Below are positions 57,994 through 64,000 of a DNA stretch of 64,000 nucleotides, in pieces. Origin of the DNA: a virus. Below the pieces are notes generated by a model. The model did no database searches. It saw nothing but the letters and a program-made list of their open reading frames with translations, and had not been told where the DNA came from. Made by a program: the position numbers and the translations under genes. Within the stretch, counting starts at the first letter, position 1. Every line of letters starts with the position of its first letter. The stretch spans positions 7,741 through 71,740 of IMG/VR virus record IMGVR_UViG_3300010399_000038; one strand, 5' to 3'.

Positions 57994-58220
57994 ATACCGT
58001 AGACCAACAACTTGAAACATTCAGAATAAATTTCCCGTTGACAAGGGTTAGGGTTGAGGAAAATTATATGACGTATCGTGTGAGAAGAGGGCTGGCAAAA
58101 AGTTTATCGCAGGACGCAAATGAATTAATAAAAAGATTGGATTTGGATTTAGTTGCACTTCCAACGCCTTTGTCAGCCGATGATTCGATAGTCATTCAAC
58201 CTCAATGGATGCAATTATGA
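57990..58220 (+). CDS. Hypothetical protein
   Basis: ATGA-coupled ORF. Confidence 0.55.
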   Translation: MNTVDQQLETFRINFPLTRVRVEENYMTYRVRRGLAKSLSQDANELIKRLDLDLVALPTPLSADDSIVIQPQWMQL

Positions 58221-58474
58221 AGTTGGAAGGGAGACATCTTGTAAAGCAAGTTGATGAAAAGGTATGGGAAAAATATTTGATTAAAGAAACAGAGATACCA
58301 GAGGACAAACAAAATAAAAAAAGATTTGTGTATATGACAAACGAACACAAGACCGAGATCGTAGAACCAACAATTTGTAAGACCTTTGGTTGTGGCAGAA
58401 CCCTTTCATCAAAAGAAACTCTTTATAGTGAGCATTGTTATAAACATCAAAAATATTTCGGAAATCCAGAGTAA
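58205..58474 (+). CDS. Hypothetical protein with Cys/His cluster
   Basis: CKTFGCG...CYKH. Confidence 0.5.
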   Translation: MDAIMKLEGRHLVKQVDEKVWEKYLIKETEIPEDKQNKKRFVYMTNEHKTEIVEPTICKTFGCGRTLSSKETLYSEHCYKHQKYFGNPE

Positions 58475-59596
58475 AATTTAGAAATGTGTATTTATGATTA
58501 GAACGTATAAAAGGAAGTTAATTATAAATAAAGAACAAGAGAAAAGAATTAACTCTTGGATTGGGGCTTGTCGGTGTGTGTATAATATGTCTCTTGAAAT
58601 TCAGATTTCTGCAAAAAAGGCTGGATTTCCGTATGTTAACAAGTATGAGCTTATGCGTCAACTAACTACCATCAAGGACATAGCATGGATTTCAGACGTG
58701 CCGTCTCAATCTCTTCAAAACGCCGTCGAAAGATTAGATAGGTCATATAAATCCTTCTTTGGTGGTGGTGGATTTCCAAAGTTTGCAGCCAAACGAAAAT
58801 ATAAATCCATACTTATAAAATCAATTAAAATAACTAACGGTATTGTGACTGTTCCTAAAATAGGCAGCGTAAAATTTTTCAAAGACTCTGAAATAATAGG
58901 TATACCAAAAACAGCAACTATAAAAAAAGAGCCAACGGGCTATTTCATTTGTATCGTATGCGACAATGTCCCAAAAAAGTTTGATAGCGAGAACCAAACT
59001 ATCGGACTGGACATGGGCTTGTCGCATTTTTGTGTTGATAGTAATGGAGGGTTTATTTCCAATCCCAAGCACTTCAAAAAATATGAGCGTCAATTACGAA
59101 TCGAAAACAGGTCTTTGGCTCGAAAAAAGAAAGGCTCTAACAGTTGGAAGAAACAAGCTAAACGTTTGTCGTTGCTGCATCACAAAATAGGAAACGTTCG
59201 AAGGGATTTTCTGCACAAGGAAAGCACAAGGATCGCTAAGTCCAATTCAATCGTCTGTTTGGAAGACTTGAATATTGTAGGGATGGCAAGAAACGGCAAC
59301 CTTTCCAAGCACATTCTTGATGCGGGTTGGGGATTATTCAGAACAATGCTTGAATATAAAACAGCCGTTGTTCGGGTAAATCCAAAGCACACTTCCCAAG
59401 CCTGCTCAAAATGCGGCCACGTTGATTCTGTAAGCCGTTTAAGCCAGTCAAATTTCACCTGTACCAATTGTGGTCATTCAGAAAATGCGGACGTAAATGC
59501 CGCTAAAAACATATTACGCAAGGGCATTGCGTTAGGTCGCCAACGTGAGCCAACAGGCTGTGCGTTGACTTTAAATCTTTAAAAGAAGTATGTCAG
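58475..59596 (+). mobile_element. TnpB-only (IS1341-like) element; probable right end at ...GTATGTCA(G)
   Basis: No tnpA nearby. GC-richer structured 3' region ending gaagtatgtca at 59595. Boundaries are approximate. Confidence 0.55.
58494..59582 (+). CDS. tnpB: IS200/IS605-family RNA-guided nuclease TnpB
   Basis: RTYKRKL HTH, RuvC-I IGLDMGL, RuvC-II LEDLNI, CxxC...CxxC Zn finger and RuvC-III NADVNAAKNI. Confidence 0.95.
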   Translation: MIRTYKRKLIINKEQEKRINSWIGACRCVYNMSLEIQISAKKAGFPYVNKYELMRQLTTIKDIAWISDVPSQSLQNAVERLDRSYKSFFGGGGFPKFAAKRKYKSILIKSIKITNGIVTVPKIGSVKFFKDSEIIGIPKTATIKKEPTGYFICIVCDNVPKKFDSENQTIGLDMGLSHFCVDSNGGFISNPKHFKKYERQLRIENRSLARKKKGSNSWKKQAKRLSLLHHKIGNVRRDFLHKESTRIAKSNSIVCLEDLNIVGMARNGNLSKHILDAGWGLFRTMLEYKTAVVRVNPKHTSQACSKCGHVDSVSRLSQSNFTCTNCGHSENADVNAAKNILRKGIALGRQREPTGCALTLNL

Positions 59597-59625
59597 TAAT
59601 CATTCATCAATAAAAAATCAATTTT

Positions 59626-59916
59626 ATGTACACAAGTAATCTCGCTTCTCAAGAAGTAGAAAAACAACCGTCAGAAATTAAAAATCTCTTTATTATGTTG
59701 CAAGACCAAAATGAAAGATTCTTTCAATTAATATCTGGATTTGAAAACATTGGAAACAAGTTAAAGAGTAATAACGACGCAAAAGAATCAGCATTGAATC
59801 AACCCAAACCTATTTCTAATGGATTAATTTATGACATTGGAGAGCAAATAGACAGATATAGGCAGTTGAATAATCGTTTGGACGAACTTGGAAATAAATT
59901 CAATTCACTCATTTAA
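59626..59916 (+). CDS. Coiled-coil hypothetical protein
   Basis: Heptad-like N/Q/L pattern. Confidence 0.55.
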   Translation: MYTSNLASQEVEKQPSEIKNLFIMLQDQNERFFQLISGFENIGNKLKSNNDAKESALNQPKPISNGLIYDIGEQIDRYRQLNNRLDELGNKFNSLI

Positions 59917-59928
59917 ACATTAAACATC

Positions 59929-60123
59929 ATGGCAACTAAAAAAATGTCAGCTACAAAGAAAAAGAAATCCAAAAAGATGGATAGAAAACTTCAAAGTAAT
60001 CAAAAGCATGAGATTAAGCATACGGCTAAGGTTACTGGAAAATCTCAAAAGGCAGTTCGTGCCGCCAAAGCAAAAGTTGGAAGAAGTCGCAAAGCGGTAA
60101 TCAATGAACTTAAAAAATCCTAA
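59929..60123 (+). CDS. DUF3606-like small basic protein
   Basis: DRKL..QKHEI.....G.S...VRAA..KVGRSRKAV. Confidence 0.7.
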   Translation: MATKKMSATKKKKSKKMDRKLQSNQKHEIKHTAKVTGKSQKAVRAAKAKVGRSRKAVINELKKS

Positions 60124-60128
60124 CCATC

Positions 60129-60500
60129 ATGCACATAGTACGAAAATATCCAGCAAGCGGATGCCTTGCAAAAATAGTCGTCCTCGGTATTGTTGCTTTG
60201 CTTTTGTGGTGTAACAAGGGATTTGGGCAAACGGGAAGATTGGTAGCAGATACTTTAAATAAAAAACTTGATACCATTTACTTCAAAGGAATTATGTATT
60301 GGGATTTTAGTAAGGGAGCAACGACAAAAATAGATTCAGGATATGCTATTGTAAAAACAGCCCCAATGGTTTTTATTGGAGAAAATAATGTAAAAGCAAG
60401 AACAGATCAGGTAGCAACCCTTGAAGAAAAATGGTTCATATTACCAAAGAGAACATCCATTGAAGGGAGACATATTATTTCTGCTTTGAGAAAAGAATAA
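60129..60500 (+). CDS. Secreted/membrane hypothetical protein
   Basis: Hydrophobic N-terminal segment ending ..GFG|Q. Confidence 0.55.
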   Translation: MHIVRKYPASGCLAKIVVLGIVALLLWCNKGFGQTGRLVADTLNKKLDTIYFKGIMYWDFSKGATTKIDSGYAIVKTAPMVFIGENNVKARTDQVATLEEKWFILPKRTSIEGRHIISALRKE

Positions 60501-60547
60501 CCAAAACCAACTGCTATTTTTTTTCATTTAATAGTTAGTTTTTGACA

Positions 60548-60581
60548 AGTCCCTGAATATTCCTGTTTAGGGGCTTTTTTT
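60548..60581 (+). terminator. Intrinsic terminator at the convergence point
   Basis: aagtccctgaa...tttaggggctt followed by a T-run. Confidence 0.6.
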
Positions 60582-61022
60582 GTTTTTGTTAATCAGCTTT
60601 TATTTAGCCATCTTTTGAATTACTATCATCGTCTGTTGTGTCACTCACTGCATCGTTCTGATCGCTATTCGGCTTCGTTTCGTGAATATGTTTGATAAGT
60701 GAATTAATTTGGTCGCCGTTTTTCCTTATGGTTTCAAGTTTTCCCTGATGTAATTGTAATTCCGTTATTAACGAGGATAGCATTTCCGGCGAAACAATAA
60801 GTCTTATCTCGTTCAATTTTGCTTCGGTAGTTAAATTCTACTTCCCCCATTTATAATTCTTGCCGTCAGTATGGATAATCACAAGTTCTAATCTCGGACT
60901 AACCGAAAACGTTTTGCCGTCCTCTGGGATAGAGAACATACAGTTTGACCTAATTGATAAGAGTTCTTTCATGTATAAGTTTTTTTAAAATAGAATTAAA
61001 ATATTAGTTAAACCCACGATGC

Positions 61023-61306
61023 TCAAGATGTTCGTGATTGATATTCGGCAACAAATTTATCTGCTGCTGATTTTGGTAATTTCAATATCCATATTTTATG
61101 TTCTTGCGGATCGTATTTTGCTTCTACTTTTTGATACGGGTCGATACCGCCAACATAGTTATAGGTTACATATTCCAACCTAATTGGTATGTCAACCATT
61201 TCTTCTTCGCAAACTTCCGGCAATGTTGGCTGTAATATTTTAGGTAGTATTGTTGCCGCAATTCCTAAAACGATATTTCTTAAAAAAGTGTTTCTATTCA
61301 TATTCA
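61023..61306 (-). CDS. Hypothetical protein with N-terminal hydrophobic segment
   Basis: Likely start MNMNRNTFLRNIVLGIAA. Confidence 0.5.
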
Positions 61307-61345
61307 TTAATTTTTTCAAACCGCAAACCGAGATACCCAAGAGGC

Positions 61346-61876
61346 TTATGCCGATACGCTTTTTATAAATCCTCTATGTTCTTTTAACGTTAATAGATTC
61401 CCTGTTTGCTGATAAATTTGCTGCGACCTGTGGAATAAGACAACGTTAATGGCTGCTGCTAAATTCAAACAATGCTGAGTTGGTATCTTAACGAACCTGT
61501 GGCAATGTTGAAGGATTGACCTATCTAACCCACCATCTTCCGGCCCAAAAATATACATAGCGTTTTCGGGGTGAACAAAGTCAAGCAAACATTCTGCGTC
61601 CTCTAACAATTCAACCGCAACGGGAGTATAACCTTCGAGAATAATGTTTTTAAATTTATCGGTTCTTATCCTTTCAACGTCATAATAACCCTTCATCCTT
61701 TCTTCTCTTGGTAATCTGTATTGCGAAAGTTCAGGATCATTTTTCCATTCATCCTGATGCGGCACACGGTTGCCCGACCAAATAAGTTTATTTACGCCCC
61801 AACAAGAGCAAGCCCTTATCGCCGCCCCTACATTCTGCCGATACTTTGGATTCGTTAATGCTATTGCTACTTTCAT
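61346..61876 (-). CDS. SpoU/TrmH-family SPOUT RNA methyltransferase
   Basis: NPKYRQNVGAAIRAC, IFGPEDGGL and VKIP..CLNLAAA. Likely start MKVAI at 61876. Confidence 0.85.
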   Translation of the reverse strand: MKVAIALTNPKYRQNVGAAIRACSCWGVNKLIWSGNRVPHQDEWKNDPELSQYRLPREERMKGYYDVERIRTDKFKNIILEGYTPVAVELLEDAECLLDFVHPENAMYIFGPEDGGLDRSILQHCHRFVKIPTQHCLNLAAAINVVLFHRSQQIYQQTGNLLTLKEHRGFIKSVSA

Positions 61877-61933
61877 ATAAACATTTTTTAATTTCAAAAA
61901 ACAATCCCCACCGAGATACCCAAGACTACGGGG

Positions 61934-62176
61934 CTAATCTTGTGGTTGATATTTATGAATGGTGCTTGTAATTAAATTTATATCGGCTAATACCGTTTCG
62001 TATGCTGATTTATATTGATTCAATTGGGCGGTTAATGATTTGATTGCGCCCTCGTAAAAGACCTCTGATTTTTTAAAGGCCACGCTGCTCCCAATCATGA
62101 AACTTTCTTTGTTTGAGGCTTCCGCATACCCAACGGTGTCTTTAACTGATTCCCTTATTTGCTTTGTAATTTCCAT
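61934..62176 (-). CDS. Hypothetical protein
   Basis: Bounded by the repeat motifs. Confidence 0.55.
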   Translation of the reverse strand: MEITKQIRESVKDTVGYAEASNKESFMIGSSVAFKKSEVFYEGAIKSLTAQLNQYKSAYETVLADINLITSTIHKYQPQD

Positions 62177-62216
62177 AAAATCTATTTTTTAATTTTCAAA
62201 AAACCACCCGCCAAGA

Positions 62217-62765
62217 CTACGGGCTTAGGGTTTGTGAATTAATTTTTGTTTTGTCAAGGGCAAGACCAGCTTCAATTAATCCGAATAGGTCAAAGTGTTT
62301 TGATAAGAGATAGCGGGTAATCTCATGTTGGTTTCTCATTGGTAAGCTATGCGCCCCATCTTCTCTGCAATAGAAAGAGTAACAACTAAAGTCTTTATAT
62401 ATTTCAACCATCAGATTTTCTATTTTATCCGCAAACACAGCCCCTTTAAACCTTACCCTTACTAATTCTGCCGCATCTTCATACATTTTAGCATCGTATG
62501 GTTGGAATGAAAATACATAATCAGTTCCGTTGGGTGAGTATATCAGTTTTGCGACACACACAGCCACTTCCTCTGTCATATCTGATAAGGGGCGAAGGAT
62601 TGGTGTTGGATTTCGCCAAACTGTTCTGTATAATTCAGACAAGGCGTGTGCATCTATTGCAGTTTCTCTCGGCTTGCTCCAATTATACCCCTCATGGTCA
62701 ATAATTTCAACCAGCATTTTCGCACCCAAATACAAGTGTAAATAATCTTTAATTTCCTTATTCAT
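62217..62765 (-). CDS. Hypothetical phage protein
   Basis: YLHLYLG, PILRPLSDMTEE and YLLSKHFDLFGLIEAGLA, a pattern I recognise from Bacteroidota phages. Confidence 0.7.
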   Translation of the reverse strand: MNKEIKDYLHLYLGAKMLVEIIDHEGYNWSKPRETAIDAHALSELYRTVWRNPTPILRPLSDMTEEVAVCVAKLIYSPNGTDYVFSFQPYDAKMYEDAAELVRVRFKGAVFADKIENLMVEIYKDFSCYSFYCREDGAHSLPMRNQHEITRYLLSKHFDLFGLIEAGLALDKTKINSQTLSP

Positions 62766-62806
62766 AAAAACAATTTTTTAATTTTCAAAAACTCCAAGAG
62801 TGCAGG

Positions 62807-63028
62807 CTACTTTAGTTTTTCAGGTAAGTCTTTTTTCTTCCAAATTTGTTTTTCTCCAATAAAATCTGGGTGGTTTAAAAACTTGGAATGACAGCAATAG
62901 CCACCGCCTGTTTCTCTTTGGTCAAATTCTACCCAATCAAACCACCCTTTAGTTTTAGAACGAGTCCATAATCTACCATTCCTTTCTAAGATTGCAATAG
63001 GCCATCTTTTATATTTTTCAAGTACCAT
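62807..63028 (-). CDS. Hypothetical protein
   Basis: Co-directional ORF. Confidence 0.5.
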   Translation of the reverse strand: MVLEKYKRWPIAILERNGRLWTRSKTKGWFDWVEFDQRETGGGYCCHSKFLNHPDFIGEKQIWKKKDLPEKLK

Positions 63029-63165
63029 TACCTTTCAACTTTTCATTAATTATAATTTGAACATATTACACTGATATACTCATGGTGGATGCTATTTCTT
63101 CTATTTTCATTCCGTTTCTAAAAAACCCGATTATCATTGCCTTTTCGTTATCTGTCATTAACGCC

Positions 63166-63681
63166 TCATTGTTTAAGTCCCTGAATTTGTTCTTGGATTT
63201 CATCTATTCTCATGGATTGGTTTAAAATAAAGATTTTTGGATTACCCGCCATTGGACTTTTTTCTGCCTTTATTTTATCAATCTGTTTTTCAAGTTCGGA
63301 AATTTTTGCCGTTTTTTGTTCTTTGGTCAGTATTGGGACTTCGGATATTGGTTCGTCCTTTCCCCAAGTTTTTTCTAAAGAACTTTCAGATGCCGCCATG
63401 CCTTGTTGAGTTAGTTCTTTGTCCGATAAATCAGTAACAACAACTACTTTTTTTTTCTTTTCACCCTTCTTTAATCTAACGCCTTTAGGAGCGTTTAAAT
63501 CAGGTATTTTTTGACCCTTACTTTTTGCCAACAAAATAAATTCAGGTCGTTTATGGGCAGCTTTAATACGTGCTAATGCGGTTCGACAAGCAGGGCTGCA
63601 AGTTTTGGCCGCAGCCGTTCCTTTAAACCCGTTTCCACACACCACACATATCTTATCTGTTTTTCGTGATTCCTTTTTCAT
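63166..63681 (-). CDS. Zn-finger protein, possible regulator
   Basis: CVVCG..F......KTCSPACR; C-terminal coiled coil. Confidence 0.65.
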   Translation of the reverse strand: MKKESRKTDKICVVCGNGFKGTAAAKTCSPACRTALARIKAAHKRPEFILLAKSKGQKIPDLNAPKGVRLKKGEKKKKVVVVTDLSDKELTQQGMAASESSLEKTWGKDEPISEVPILTKEQKTAKISELEKQIDKIKAEKSPMAGNPKIFILNQSMRIDEIQEQIQGLKQ

Positions 63682-63682
63682 A

Positions 63683-63743
63683 GTAACGATAATGTAACAC
63701 TTTTGTAACGCAAATGTAACGATAACTAAACGGTATTTCCAAA
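63683..63743 (-). promoter_or_regulatory. Bacteroidota-type promoter overlapped by four phased GTAAC repeats
   Basis: TTTG (63743-63740), 21-nt spacer, TACATTTG (63718-63711). GTAAC at 63683, 63694, 63705 and 63716. Confidence 0.7.
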
Positions 63744-64000
63744 TTTTAGTTATTTTTCGTCCGAAATCTTCCCTCCCTCATCCAACAATCCTTTCCCAAC
63801 GATAAAGTAATAAAAGGGGACAAGAGAAGCCCCCCCCCCCCAACCAGAACAACATTCAAGCCTTCAATAAAAATCCACCTCACAGCCATTTGCAGCCTCA
63901 CCACAGCCATTTCTCCCATTCAAACAACATAAGCGAAGCAATTCCCTTACATAGCCAGCAATCGCCTCAGAATAGATCACAGAACTACTTTCAAAGCCAA

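Larger units (their letters stand above)
61309..62809. repeat. Four copies of a conserved intergenic motif separating consecutive accessory genes
   Basis: Copies at ~61309-61348, 61883-61936, 62183-62226 and 62772-62809, with pattern (attttttaa)ttttcaaa...ccaaga...ggct. ccgagatacccaaga occurs twice and ccaagactacggg twice. Confidence 0.75.

Noticed and set aside
1-64000. tRNA/rRNA genes, integrase, reverse transcriptase/DGR, stop-codon recoding
   Set aside because: None recognised by eye. Long genes are intact in code 11 and TAG, TGA and TAA all serve as stops. A tRNAscan run would be needed to fully exclude tRNAs.

Overview
This 64-kb window is an AT-rich stretch of a tailed dsDNA phage or prophage. 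The host is very likely in the Bacteroidota, judging from TAnnTTTG/TTTG promoters and Gln-rule signal peptides. From 1 to ~37 kb (minus strand) is a podovirus-type morphogenesis and lysis module: terminase, portal, scaffold, major capsid, ring/tail tube proteins, GroES, an SGNH esterase, tail stabiliser, three probable ejected proteins, a tail fibre with an S74 chaperone, holin-like genes, a lipoprotein metzincin and an M15 endolysin. From 37.3 to 43.9 kb is a glycosyltransferase/methyltransferase cluster. From 44 to 64 kb are accessory and early genes: an HTH repressor, lambda-O-like initiator plus DnaB, HNH/NUMOD4 nucleases, a PAPS-reductase-like gene, TnpB and a SpoU methylase. The standout is at 45291-46330. 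A stand-alone 189-aa Cas7/RAMP-like gene is followed, from its stop codon, by three non-coding units built of a 5-nt period (NNN-GY on the transcribed strand; 18, 18 and 23 periods), each ending in a related 3' tail. There are no CRISPR repeats and no other cas genes. This looks like a minimal RNA-guided system with a non-contiguous guide code (VIPR-like, but GY/NNN rather than GGY/NN). Removing the GY scaffold from one unit gives an ATG-initiated frame, MKKNQHVVP..., which suggests the triplets copy real target DNA. All product calls come from motif recognition by eye; no database searches were run.
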